From the IMG/VR virus record IMGVR_UViG_3300027573_000001, positions 1-63,982 of that record: a stretch of 63,982 bases of DNA, one strand, 5' to 3'. The notes beneath the pieces were generated by a model. The model did not search any database. It was not told the DNA's origin and saw only the letters and a program-made list of their open reading frames with translations. Source of the DNA: a virus. Position 1 is the stretch's first letter. Each line of letters starts with the position of its first letter. Below are positions 27,171-36,738 of this stretch, piece by piece. The position numbers and the translations under genes are program-made.

Positions 27171-30100
27171 GAGTTACACTCGCAGTCGCGTTGTTATGTA
27201 AGGTAATATCGGCTGTTCTCTGGTTTACCAATGTTATATTAGCTGTAGGAGTAACTAGCACAATTATTATTTCCGCAGTACTCGACATCCCTAGCAAAAA
27301 GCCTGTAAACGTTACGCTAGTTGCTCGTCCTGCTACAAACTGTGTCTTTAATTGACTTGCGCCTCTAATATTACTAGTAGATTGTCTATTAGCTATAAAC
27401 TGTGATCTTAATCTAGCTAAGTTACGGATATTAGTAGTGGATTGCCTATTAGCTATAAACTGTGATCTTAATGTAGCCGAATTACGAATTATTGAAGTGT
27501 TAGACCTGTTCGGCACAGTAGCTATAGCCATATGCCCATATGAAGTTGTTATTATAATAGTAGTACTAGCTCGTAGTCCAACACTACGTATGTGTGATCG
27601 TGTACGTGTAGATGTAGTGCTACTTGATCCACGTATTGCGGTAGAGGTCATACGCCCTATAGCGCGTAATGCAGCAACACCTTCCGTACCAATAACTGTA
27701 AGAGTAGTAGATGCTATACGTGCTCGACCATGTATACGTGCTAATGCAGTGCGAGCACTAGTAACAACTAAACGTGAATCAACCGTTCCACGTTCACTTG
27801 CAATACCAGCAGAGGCTTTCGTAGCTTGTATAGTAGCTCGTATAAAGGAACGTAACGCTGTTGTAGTAGTACCAGCATGTACACCAGCAGTAATAGATCG
27901 GCCAAAGCTCCGTATGTTAGTTACGGTTGCAGTCGCTTTTACTCCTGAATTGACAGCATGTGTAGCCGCACGTATGGATGCAGTAGTTATACTGTTTCGT
28001 GTGACTACTATTATTTCTCGAAGAGACGTACTATGTATACGCGCAGTATTTGTACTAGCTTTAATACTAGTTGTAATTAGCCGCGCTGTACCTTGTATAC
28101 GAGCAGTGTTAGCTACAGCTTTTGTAGCAATTATGGATTGACGTATTGTACCACGTATACTTATAGTAGAAGATACTGCCTTTGTACTAGCCGTTAGTAA
28201 TCGACCTACTGCATGTATTCGCGTGGTATTGAATGCCGCCTTTGTACTAGTAGTTACAGCCCTATTTGTTGTATGTATTCGAGTGGTATTGGATACTGCC
28301 TTTGTACCAACACTTAATAGTCGGCCTACTGCATGTATCCTAGCATTAGAAGTACTAGCCGCATCCTTTATTGCAATATCAGATAGCCTACCTAATCCAT
28401 GTATACGAATAGTATTTGATACTGCTTTTGTAGCACTAATAACATCTCTGCTTAATCCATGTATACGAGCAGTATTTGATACTGCCTTTGTAGTACTAGT
28501 GATATTTCTGCCTAATCCATGTATACGAATAATAGTTGATACTGATTTCGTACTGACATCAGATAGCCTACCTGATCCGTGTATCCGAATAGTATTTACA
28601 GCTCCCTTTGTAGTACTAGTAATATTTCTACTTAATCCATGTATAAGAGTAGTATTTGCTACTGCTTTTGCAGCAACGTCAGACAGTCTACTTAATCCAT
28701 GTATACGAGTAGTATTTGCTACTGCTTTTGCAGCATTAGCAATACTTCTACCTGATCCATGTATACGAGTAATAGTTGATACTGCTTTTGTACTAACAAT
28801 ACTGGACCTACTTGCGCCATGTATACGAATCGTGTTTGCAGCTACTTTTAAGCTAATATCAGAGAGTCGCCCTAATGCGTGTAATCGAATAGTATTAGAT
28901 GCTGCCTTTAATCCTAGAACTACCTCCCTACCTGATCCTTGTATACGAGTAGTATTTGCTACTGCCTTTGCTGCTATTGCTATTACTCGCTGTGTACCTC
29001 TTATGGAAGTAGTAACTGTACCAGCATGAACACCTGCTGTTACTGAACGGCCATCTCCTAATAGAGTTGCTGGTAAACCAGCGCCTACTGCATTTATTCC
29101 TGTAAGTCGTAAAATCGGTCCGCTACCAGACTCAGGGTCAGACTGTGCTTTATCACCTAGACTAATATATGCTTGTGTACCATCAGGACTCCAGGTAAGT
29201 CTACCTACTACGTACCCTTCATATGGAGCAGGAGGTATCCCACTACCATCTTGATGTTGATGCCCAGGAGCATAATTAACGAATGTTAGACGACGCTTAT
29301 TTGCACCTGTACTATCCATAAGCCATATGTCCATAGGTAGCCTATCGATAAATGTATTATCTCTATTCGAAGCCCACGCAATTACTCTTGGAGTAGTTGG
29401 TGAGTAATGAGCATGTTCATCCCAATTGAACAATTCTCCCGACTGACCATGAGAACCTACCAAACGAGTTACATTTGTGCCATCTAAGTCACAAATGAAT
29501 ATGTCCAATGTTTCTTGTACGTGATTAGCAACAGCTACGTTACCTGTAAATATTATTTTATATACACCAGCACCTAGTCCTGGTATAAATTCATGAGTTT
29601 CATAGAATTTACCCTCAGGGGTAGGGTCAACAATAACTGGTGAGATGTTTGCAACTGATGATAATGTAGGTACTCCACCAGGCCAGCTTAATGTAGCGGT
29701 ATTAATTCTCCAGTATCCATATGGTGCATTAGCATCTGCTGCTGATCGTAAGCTAGCCCATGCTACACGTAAGCCATCTTGGCTTACGCAAGGTTGTAGG
29801 CTACCTATTGAGCCATCAGTATCATATTGCCATACACGAGTATGTCCTGTGCCATCTGCTGCACATACCCATAAATCACAATGCCAGCCTTGTCCTGGTG
29901 TCCCTGGTAGCGATGGCCCATCACGCTGAGCCATGTATAAGATATATGTACCTACAGTTGGACGTGTAAACCAAAATCCGTTTCCACAGTGCGATTGCGG
30001 CGCACCAGAAACGCCATATGTTAAAGCAACTTTGTTGCTTACGAAATCAGAATCAACAGCATACATGTGGAAAGTAAGAGTACCGCCAATATCAACATGT

Positions 30101-30339
30101 TCACTATAGAGTACCCTATTAGAGCCTAAATGATCCCAACGTGGGGCCGATGCTCTTGGATGTACCATATGAGCGGATACAAATACACCCTTACTACCAA
30201 ATGACTTTATTTGTCCGTTAGCATAAAAACCTGCTGCTCCAGACGTAGCAGGTGCAGTCGAACCTGCAAACGGAGTAGTACGTCTATGTGGTTGCGGTTG
30301 GTAAGGAGTACGAGTAGGTTGCGGACGAAATAAAGACAT
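27163..30339 (-). CDS. 1058-aa protein: TolB/PD40-like beta-propeller N-terminal half plus about 28 tandem 20-aa repeats
   Basis: DIWLMDSTGANKRRLT, LTWSPDGTQAYISL and VSQDGLRVAWAS (PD40-like). Repeats TKAVSNTTRIHGLGRLSDVS. Confidence 0.8.
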   Translation of the reverse strand: MSLFRPQPTRTPYQPQPHRRTTPFAGSTAPATSGAAGFYANGQIKSFGSKGVFVSAHMVHPRASAPRWDHLGSNRVLYSEHVDIGGTLTFHMYAVDSDFVSNKVALTYGVSGAPQSHCGNGFWFTRPTVGTYILYMAQRDGPSLPGTPGQGWHCDLWVCAADGTGHTRVWQYDTDGSIGSLQPCVSQDGLRVAWASLRSAADANAPYGYWRINTATLSWPGGVPTLSSVANISPVIVDPTPEGKFYETHEFIPGLGAGVYKIIFTGNVAVANHVQETLDIFICDLDGTNVTRLVGSHGQSGELFNWDEHAHYSPTTPRVIAWASNRDNTFIDRLPMDIWLMDSTGANKRRLTFVNYAPGHQHQDGSGIPPAPYEGYVVGRLTWSPDGTQAYISLGDKAQSDPESGSGPILRLTGINAVGAGLPATLLGDGRSVTAGVHAGTVTTSIRGTQRVIAIAAKAVANTTRIQGSGREVVLGLKAASNTIRLHALGRLSDISLKVAANTIRIHGASRSSIVSTKAVSTITRIHGSGRSIANAAKAVANTTRIHGLSRLSDVAAKAVANTTLIHGLSRNITSTTKGAVNTIRIHGSGRLSDVSTKSVSTIIRIHGLGRNITSTTKAVSNTARIHGLSRDVISATKAVSNTIRIHGLGRLSDIAIKDAASTSNARIHAVGRLLSVGTKAVSNTTRIHTTNRAVTTSTKAAFNTTRIHAVGRLLTASTKAVSSTISIRGTIRQSIIATKAVANTARIQGTARLITTSIKASTNTARIHSTSLREIIVVTRNSITTASIRAATHAVNSGVKATATVTNIRSFGRSITAGVHAGTTTTALRSFIRATIQATKASAGIASERGTVDSRLVVTSARTALARIHGRARIASTTLTVIGTEGVAALRAIGRMTSTAIRGSSSTTSTRTRSHIRSVGLRASTTIIITTSYGHMAIATVPNRSNTSIIRNSATLRSQFIANRQSTTNIRNLARLRSQFIANRQSTSNIRGASQLKTQFVAGRATSVTFTGFLLGMSSTAEIIIVLVTPTANITLVNQRTADITLHNNATASVTRV
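27310..29050. repeat. Tandem 60-bp intragenic repeat array (about 28 degenerate units)
   Basis: Units stay in register with the 60-column sequence layout (for example lines 28381-28741 share ..atccatgtatacga..agtatttg.tactgc.tttg). Confidence 0.9.
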
Positions 30340-30358
30340 GTGTAGTTAGTAGTTAGTA

Positions 30359-30859
30359 TTAGTTTTCGTCTAGTACTAGTACAATGTCCCAACCACCTAA
30401 TATAGATGGTGCAGCTAAAAACCGAACAACAAATAATGTAGATGGCGGTACCAAAATCTCTTCTGTAGGATCGGGTTTATATAAGTATCCTGCTGTATTA
30501 GCAAAGGCAAAAGGATGAATACTAGCATACGTACCACCAGAATCAGCCGAAGAGTTAACACCAGAACGTGCGGTACCGCCAGCAGGCGCGGTGTTACCAG
30601 TTAATCCAGATGCAGGTCCGTCTAACGGTCGAATATTACGTGGAGTAGCTGCCGTCATTGTTAATGTACCAGCAGTATTACGAGTAGCTAACTCACCACG
30701 TACCATCGCTAATGTAGTAGAAGCATGCTGACTAATCTCTATACGCTTTATAAGTACGTGAGCCGCGGCATTATTAACAGCAGCACTTTGAAATGCTACT
30801 AATACGAAACCTGTACTTAGTGTCAAGTTTTCGCCTACTAGTTCTGTTACACGGCCCAC
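30359..30859 (-). CDS. Hypothetical protein
   Basis: ORF track; same-strand packing. Confidence 0.5.
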   Translation of the reverse strand: MGRVTELVGENLTLSTGFVLVAFQSAAVNNAAAHVLIKRIEISQHASTTLAMVRGELATRNTAGTLTMTAATPRNIRPLDGPASGLTGNTAPAGGTARSGVNSSADSGGTYASIHPFAFANTAGYLYKPDPTEEILVPPSTLFVVRFLAAPSILGGWDIVLVLDEN

Positions 30860-30880
30860 GTTTTAATCCTTTTTAGTATG

Positions 30881-32086
30881 CTACTGTACTAGCAATTGAT
30901 TCATTTGTCTATGACCACTTAAACCAAATGGTCTACCATGTAATTCTGGTGTATCTTGTGGAGTGTAAGCTACGTATATTCCAGCCCAACATAGATGTAC
31001 TTCGCCAGTATTAGCATTTGTTTTAGCAATACGTACTACTGGCTGTGTAGTTAGAGTTACTGTTGGCGACTCTGTAACTGGACCACTTCTAGTATACCAG
31101 TTAGTAGAATATGTGCCAATAGCTCCAACATTCACCCCCGCTAGGAATGTATTGCTAGAACCGCTAGCAGGATTGGATAGGATCTCTACTGTACCAGTTT
31201 TGCTACCCGATGCTGCTCCCTCTCCATGAACCGTAGTAGCATGTACTGCCCTAATGATGTCATCTTCTTTTAATCCGAAATTACTATATGACTGACATGC
31301 TAAATCTAAATTATTTGGTACTGTCGCATTTGCATTTTTAACCTGAGATGTATTCGTATCAGCGGTTGTCGCTACACCAACAGGAGGAACATTATTTACT
31401 GCTTCGAATAAGTTTGTTGTTCCTCCTGCACCACCTACCCAAGAATTGATAGCACTATCAGATACAGGTAGTAGGATACCAACTTTCCAACTACCCCAAA
31501 TAGTAGCTAAATTTGCGTCATCTGATACAATACCACTAAACAACAGATAAGCCGTTGTTGCATCAATCACACCAAAAACTTGTCTACCCTTAGCGACTGA
31601 TGCAGTAGTCGCTACACTAGCCCATTCTTCACCATCTACAAATACCCTTCTACCATTACCACTAGACCAGCCTACATCAAATTCTATCCAGTGTAATTTC
31701 CCATCAGGTATAAAGGCTTTGGTACTTGTAGCATCGAGAACAAGTGCCCTACCAATGCTTAATGTCCCATTTGAGTTTAGAGTCAACATATCAAAGTATG
31801 ATGTTCCATCAGATAAAGCAACAATTCTAGTACCTGCCGATGGTAAAGCAGCTATCCGTAACCCAAATCTTACTGATCTATAAATTGATGGCACCGTACC
31901 AGCACTATCTACCTGTCCCAATTGTACGAGTGCTGCCGCTGCTGTCGGATTTGTTCGTACTTCATAGTTATGACTTGCACCTAGTGGTGAAGGTACAATA
32001 CCTACTGTGCCCGACGCAAGATTTGATTCACCACCCGCTACTGCTATTGAACCCGACTCTGGCCCATATATGTTTGTTGTAGCCAT
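30881..32086 (-). CDS. Hypothetical protein, possible concanavalin/LamG-like lectin fold
   Basis: GKLHWIEFDVGWSSGNGRRVFVDGEEWAS resembles LamG-type strands; weak. Confidence 0.45.
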   Translation of the reverse strand: MATTNIYGPESGSIAVAGGESNLASGTVGIVPSPLGASHNYEVRTNPTAAAALVQLGQVDSAGTVPSIYRSVRFGLRIAALPSAGTRIVALSDGTSYFDMLTLNSNGTLSIGRALVLDATSTKAFIPDGKLHWIEFDVGWSSGNGRRVFVDGEEWASVATTASVAKGRQVFGVIDATTAYLLFSGIVSDDANLATIWGSWKVGILLPVSDSAINSWVGGAGGTTNLFEAVNNVPPVGVATTADTNTSQVKNANATVPNNLDLACQSYSNFGLKEDDIIRAVHATTVHGEGAASGSKTGTVEILSNPASGSSNTFLAGVNVGAIGTYSTNWYTRSGPVTESPTVTLTTQPVVRIAKTNANTGEVHLCWAGIYVAYTPQDTPELHGRPFGLSGHRQMNQLLVQ

Positions 32087-32129
32087 AGTATATTAATACT
32101 AACAATATCAGTACTGGTAAATACTAGTA

Positions 32130-32744
32130 CTAATCTATCTGCATGGTAACGCTAGTGACAGTGTGAGTACCCTGTGCGCCAAATACTTCAGCAACAATAC
32201 GCTGTAAGAAACCAGAACCTACAGCAGTAATATTAATAGCCGCGCCACCACTCGTAAGAGACAACTGCAAGTCATCAGTTGTAGCAGTAATAACAAAGTA
32301 AATAGTACCTTCAACTAATGGAGCAGGTAGGGACGCTCCAGGCACAGCCCATACTACAACAGTCTGTCCGTTGGTAAATCCGTGTGATGGAGCCTCTAAT
32401 ATATCATTAGCAATATCTGGTACTGCAAACGCTTCAGGTATTCCTGCACCATTCGGTACCATACCCTTAAAGTCACCAACAGTAATAGCGTCCCAACCAC
32501 CAATCCATGCTACAGTAGAACCTGCTGGTACATCAAATACTGGTGCAGTAGATGTAGCTTTGCTTCTACCTGTAGCAGCGGCCCAGGTCGCGACCTCTCT
32601 AGTGTAGGCGGGAGCACCACCAGTAAGCTCGTTAGTACCAGTAGCACTATACGCAGAGTGCAAACTAAAGTGGGTTATGCCCTCGGCATTGGCTTCATCA
32701 AGGGCATCTAACATTACACGTACTGCTTGGTCGCTAAATCTCAC
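32130..32744 (-). CDS. Hypothetical structural-type protein
   Basis: ORF track; SLHSAYSATGTNELTGGAPAYTREV resembles a motif common in phage virion proteins. Confidence 0.45.
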   Translation of the reverse strand: MRFSDQAVRVMLDALDEANAEGITHFSLHSAYSATGTNELTGGAPAYTREVATWAAATGRSKATSTAPVFDVPAGSTVAWIGGWDAITVGDFKGMVPNGAGIPEAFAVPDIANDILEAPSHGFTNGQTVVVWAVPGASLPAPLVEGTIYFVITATTDDLQLSLTSGGAAINITAVGSGFLQRIVAEVFGAQGTHTVTSVTMQID

Positions 32745-32763
32745 GTTAGTCTCCTTTTAACTA

Positions 32764-32970
32764 TTATTCGTTATAATAAGCTGAAACAGCTTCTAAATCG
32801 ACCTTTTTACCGCAATTTAAACAATCTACACGAGTTCCCATAGCATGTGGATTACCGTCTTTATCTAAAGCGTCCACAGCCATAAAATCTCGACCAACTG
32901 GCACAGAATAAGCGAAAAATGCCGTTTTTTCGCACTCTGGATGCCTAATTTCACGTAATCTAAGCGCCAT
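32764..32970 (-). CDS. Small zinc-ribbon protein
   Basis: HPEC...CLNCG; start set to MALRLREI. Confidence 0.45.
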   Translation of the reverse strand: MALRLREIRHPECEKTAFFAYSVPVGRDFMAVDALDKDGNPHAMGTRVDCLNCGKKVDLEAVSAYYNE

Positions 32971-34420
32971 TCGTGTACTCTCCTGGTCCAATTGGTATAG
33001 GATTAATCTTAGCTAATGCTTCGATAAAATCCGTTTGTGATACATAACCATTTTTACGTGATCTATTTTGTGCTTCTGGATCGTCATTTGTAGGTGCTCC
33101 GCCCTCAGGATTACCCCCTATATCATCCTCATTATCACCAGTATTATTTGGTGCTATAGCAGTACCAGGAGATTGCGCTACAGTTACTCCATTCGGTACG
33201 TACCATACGTCCGAATCACTTACTGGAGGATATCCAAGTTGCTTTCTTCCTTCATTAACAGATATAATACCAGTAAGTACATCACCACGCACCCTAACAT
33301 GTAGAGCATTAATATCAGGCTGCAATACCCTAACTTTACTAATATCGTACTGTATAACATGAGTATCTATATTATGTAATTCAGGTAGTAATTGATTAGT
33401 TAGTGTTTCGGCAAAGTCATCCTGCATAGGAATCATGCAGCTTTCGTATGCAGCCTCCCTTGCCTCACTAAAGTTAGCAAATGTGGAGTGAACTAATCCT
33501 GCACCTAAACCTACCACTACAGCAGGTACACCAATAGCTGCTGTAATTCTTTCTTCATCTGAGTGCCTTAAAGCAGTTAGATTCATTTGTTCTGGATCGA
33601 ATGCTAGCTTTTGAACATCAATAGCACCTGACATTATAAGCGGTAATCCACGATTAGAGCCTGTAAAGCGTTGCGTATAGTCTTCTTTTATCTGTTCTGC
33701 ATCTTCTAGAGCTATGGAAGAGTCTTTAGTACCACTAATAATAATTCCTGGTACTCCACTATTCATCAATAGTGCAAGCTTCCAATTAGCTGCTTCGTTA
33801 TCACCTAATAATTCACGTAGTAGAGACGAAAATGCAGATATACCATATCGAGGATTTTTTGGATCAAAGCCATCTCTAAAATGGACAATATCTCGCGGAT
33901 CAATTTCTTGCTTAAATCCATCAACTTCGTATACATAGTGCTTAATAAATACTGTATTGTCATCGGGATCACCTTCGGGTACAATCATGAAGGATGGTAC
34001 CCACCACAGACTATCTACACGCCCTCTACCGTCTATGCCGCCCTCAGCCGTGGAGCGCATTTTTAATAAATAAGCATTTCCAGTATAAATATAATCAGCC
34101 ACAACGCCCTTGAACATAGCAAGGCCGCTATAGTGACTATTTGGCCTCTTTAGGAGTTTTAGTAATCTACTATTTATTACTTTTACAATATCCTGTGAGT
34201 CTACTTTGCCAACCATAATTGGTGCTTCAGACCAATTACGTTGAATCCAGCGAACAGTAGCTACAGCAGCAGAATTACGTACCGCTTCATCAGAAGCATG
34301 ATAAGTATTTAAGTTTAAAGGTCGCCCACGGCCTAGTATAGTAAAGAACTGTGTTGCCGCAGTCCCCCACCGTACAGTGAGTCTTTTAAGAGTATTTACA
34401 CTTCGAGATAAGAGATTCAC
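32960..34420 (-). CDS. Portal protein (HK97 family-like)
   Basis: Size, and position directly downstream of TerL. Confidence 0.8.
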   Translation of the reverse strand: MNLLSRSVNTLKRLTVRWGTAATQFFTILGRGRPLNLNTYHASDEAVRNSAAVATVRWIQRNWSEAPIMVGKVDSQDIVKVINSRLLKLLKRPNSHYSGLAMFKGVVADYIYTGNAYLLKMRSTAEGGIDGRGRVDSLWWVPSFMIVPEGDPDDNTVFIKHYVYEVDGFKQEIDPRDIVHFRDGFDPKNPRYGISAFSSLLRELLGDNEAANWKLALLMNSGVPGIIISGTKDSSIALEDAEQIKEDYTQRFTGSNRGLPLIMSGAIDVQKLAFDPEQMNLTALRHSDEERITAAIGVPAVVVGLGAGLVHSTFANFSEAREAAYESCMIPMQDDFAETLTNQLLPELHNIDTHVIQYDISKVRVLQPDINALHVRVRGDVLTGIISVNEGRKQLGYPPVSDSDVWYVPNGVTVAQSPGTAIAPNNTGDNEDDIGGNPEGGAPTNDDPEAQNRSRKNGYVSQTDFIEALAKINPIPIGPGEYTNGA

Positions 34421-34511
34421 TTAACGCTCATTAACCAGAATGAAAACTACAAGTAATATAACTACTATAATAACTATTAAATCAAAGGGTGGCCTATATC
34501 GCGGCATTAAT

Positions 34512-35849
34512 TTATCCTAAGCTCCGTACTTTCTGCTTCTCTTCTTTTTCGTCAATCATTAAGTGGGTGAATAGCCATACAGCAGCATCTAGTCTATCAG
34601 GGCTATCCATCCCAGGTTCCCACTCTGTTAGCTGTGTCTCTAACTCAGGAAACTGTCCTAAGTGGTGTATTCGTTCTTTTTCGTATAAGGTGGAAACTGG
34701 CTCTGCTCGTGTACGCTTACCTCTAGAGGCATGTACTAATGTTACTTTTAAGTGTGGTGCTAGGGACTGAATTACATACTTCACCATAGCGCCACCATTA
34801 TTTGCTTCTGCAACCACTTCATCAGCATGGTGTCTATATACAGCGGATACTACTTGCTCACCCCACTTAGCAGGATTACCTTTAATCGTCTCATCTGCTA
34901 GTAAATATCCATGTGAGCTAGTATCACGCTTTTGACCTTTGATACCACCTACAACTATTCCACACTCTGATGTTTCATCAGTAGGTTTATCGGAGACTGA
35001 GGGGTCTACTGCAACAATAATTTTTGTGAGTTCCGGTATCTTATTGACACGAGTTTTGTCTATAATATCACTAGTCCATAAAGCGTTAGGATTATCGTCT
35101 AGTACTTCTCCACCAATTTCTTGTCGTCCTAGACGTGTACCCTGATACGTACCTACAATGTCTTTAATCCATGCCTCAGATACATTACCCCGATTAGCTA
35201 ATGTACTCTCTGTAGTAACATGAACGGTATCACCATTCTTTGCTACTAGGTCTTTAACTATTTTAACTGGTCTAGGTGTTGACGTCGCTACGCACTGAGG
35301 ATTGATTCCTAAGCGTAGACCGAACATTAAGTTATTCCAAGTTTCTTCTAAGTATCTCCATGCTGCAATCTCATCTGCCCAAGCAAAACCACATTGAGGA
35401 CCACGTAGTAGGTTAGGCTCATCAGCAGTAAAGCATAGTGCCTTTGCGCCATTGGGCCAAATAAGACTCCTAGTAGTACTTCTATAAACAGGACGATCCC
35501 AGGGAGGGCTAATAGCAAGTATACCACTCTCACCCTCAATCATTACATCTCGAACGTCTGCTGCTGTACGTCCTACTAAGTGGATTCGTTCTATTGTTTC
35601 TGCTTTTTTACGTGTAGTCTCTGCACCTGTTCTTGTCTTACCTGCACCACGACCACTCTTTAGTAGCCATACACGCCATGCCCATGCAGGCATCTTTTGT
35701 GAGTCTCTAGCCCAAAAGTCCCAATCATAAAACAGTCTTTCTGCTTCATAATCAGGTAGCTGCTGTATTTCATTGTAAACGTACTCAATTCCGTATTCGC
35801 TTATTAAATTGTGGACTGATATATTAGTTGGGTGATCTACAATTACCAT
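34512..35849 (-). CDS. terL: Terminase large subunit
   Basis: Walker A KSGRGAGKTRTG; nuclease half IVAVDPS... Confidence 0.9.
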   Translation of the reverse strand: MVIVDHPTNISVHNLISEYGIEYVYNEIQQLPDYEAERLFYDWDFWARDSQKMPAWAWRVWLLKSGRGAGKTRTGAETTRKKAETIERIHLVGRTAADVRDVMIEGESGILAISPPWDRPVYRSTTRSLIWPNGAKALCFTADEPNLLRGPQCGFAWADEIAAWRYLEETWNNLMFGLRLGINPQCVATSTPRPVKIVKDLVAKNGDTVHVTTESTLANRGNVSEAWIKDIVGTYQGTRLGRQEIGGEVLDDNPNALWTSDIIDKTRVNKIPELTKIIVAVDPSVSDKPTDETSECGIVVGGIKGQKRDTSSHGYLLADETIKGNPAKWGEQVVSAVYRHHADEVVAEANNGGAMVKYVIQSLAPHLKVTLVHASRGKRTRAEPVSTLYEKERIHHLGQFPELETQLTEWEPGMDSPDRLDAAVWLFTHLMIDEKEEKQKVRSLG

Positions 35850-35851
35850 TA

Positions 35852-36049
35852 TTATTCAACGTTTAGTAGTTCTTTTTCTAGTTGTCCCATGTAAGCTACA
35901 CACTTTTCGCCATATGTAGAATCTTTACCATTAGAAGACTCTTGTAGAAATTCCGTTACAGCCTGGAACTGGTCATGAAATTTCTTAGGGTCTTCTATGT
36001 ATCGTTGCATCCATAAATTAAATACTCTTATCATATTAGCATGACGCAT
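35852..36049 (-). CDS. Hypothetical protein
   Basis: ORF track; tight packing. Confidence 0.5.
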   Translation of the reverse strand: MRHANMIRVFNLWMQRYIEDPKKFHDQFQAVTEFLQESSNGKDSTYGEKCVAYMGQLEKELLNVE

Positions 36050-36051
36050 AA

Positions 36052-36489
36052 CTAGCCAACATCTTCTGAGGTGGAAGGTACATCAATAATGTCGGATTCT
36101 TTTTCTCTCTTCCACTGTTCTAGTCGAGTAACTAGCTTCGTCTTCGTAGCATTAGCATTCGCTACTTCACCATTAAGCTCAGGAGTTGGCTGATTGGATA
36201 ATGTAGCAAATGTCTGTAACAACGAGCTAAGTGCCTTAGATATAGCATCAGGACTCATCGAAGGTAGACTAGCCTGATACGCTAACTGTGTCTGCGTGAT
36301 AGTCTCAAACAAGCTCAGTACCAATAATGCACGTAAGCCCTCAGTGAGACTTGCAGCATCACCACCACAAATTAGTGCTACTAATTCTTTTTTATCTACA
36401 CCAGCACGTTCGGCAGCTAACGGTAAATTACCACCAGCGGCTACAACAAACTTCATTAATTCTTGTGGGCTGCGTGTAGTTGGAATCAT
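36052..36489 (-). CDS. Terminase small subunit (putative)
   Basis: Position upstream of TerL; HTH-like GGNLPLAAERAGVDKKELVALI. Confidence 0.5.
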   Translation of the reverse strand: MIPTTRSPQELMKFVVAAGGNLPLAAERAGVDKKELVALICGGDAASLTEGLRALLVLSLFETITQTQLAYQASLPSMSPDAISKALSSLLQTFATLSNQPTPELNGEVANANATKTKLVTRLEQWKREKESDIIDVPSTSEDVG

Positions 36490-36507
36490 AATCTCTTTTA
36501 TACTAAC

Positions 36508-36600
36508 CTAGTTCTTAAAGAAGCACTTAGTACATACCCACTTAGTTTCATTTTTCTTAATTAAGCCATTAGTATGTATACCACATAGAGAGCATTGCAT
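36508..36600 (-). CDS. 30-aa zinc-ribbon micro-ORF (MQCSLCG...CTKCFFKN)
   Basis: AGGAG 9 nt upstream of the ATG; CxxC...CxxC; first ORF after the candidate late promoter. Confidence 0.3.
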   Translation of the reverse strand: MQCSLCGIHTNGLIKKNETKWVCTKCFFKN

Positions 36601-36620
36601 AGTTCTCGACTCCTGTACAC

Positions 36621-36629
36621 AGTATATCA
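36621..36629 (-). promoter_or_regulatory. Extended -10 promoter candidate (TGaTATACT) for the late/structural operon
   Basis: Reverse complement of 36621-36629; no good -35; embedded in the CCTGTACA..TGTACAGG inverted repeat 36611-36638. Confidence 0.4.
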
Positions 36630-36690
36630 CATGTACAGGCTGCGTGCGGTATATGTTTTTCTTTATGTTTTTCCAATAATAAATGCAGTA

Positions 36691-36719
36691 TTGTTTTTTC
36701 GCGGGAATCGTGCTATACT
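36691..36719 (+). promoter_or_regulatory. Sigma70-type promoter TTGTTT-17-TATACT (with TGc extension)
   Basis: Read directly; followed by AGGAGAG SD and ATG 36739. Confidence 0.55.
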
Positions 36720-36738
36720 GTCTATAGCAGGAGAGCGC

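Noticed and set aside
27437-29029. Long plus-strand ORFs 27437..28141 and 28223..29029 (234 and 268 aa)
   Set aside because: They lie antisense to the 60-bp tandem repeat array of the 1058-aa gene. The repeat unit has no stop on the opposite strand, so long open frames arise automatically. Their translations are low-complexity, and there is no SD or same-strand context.
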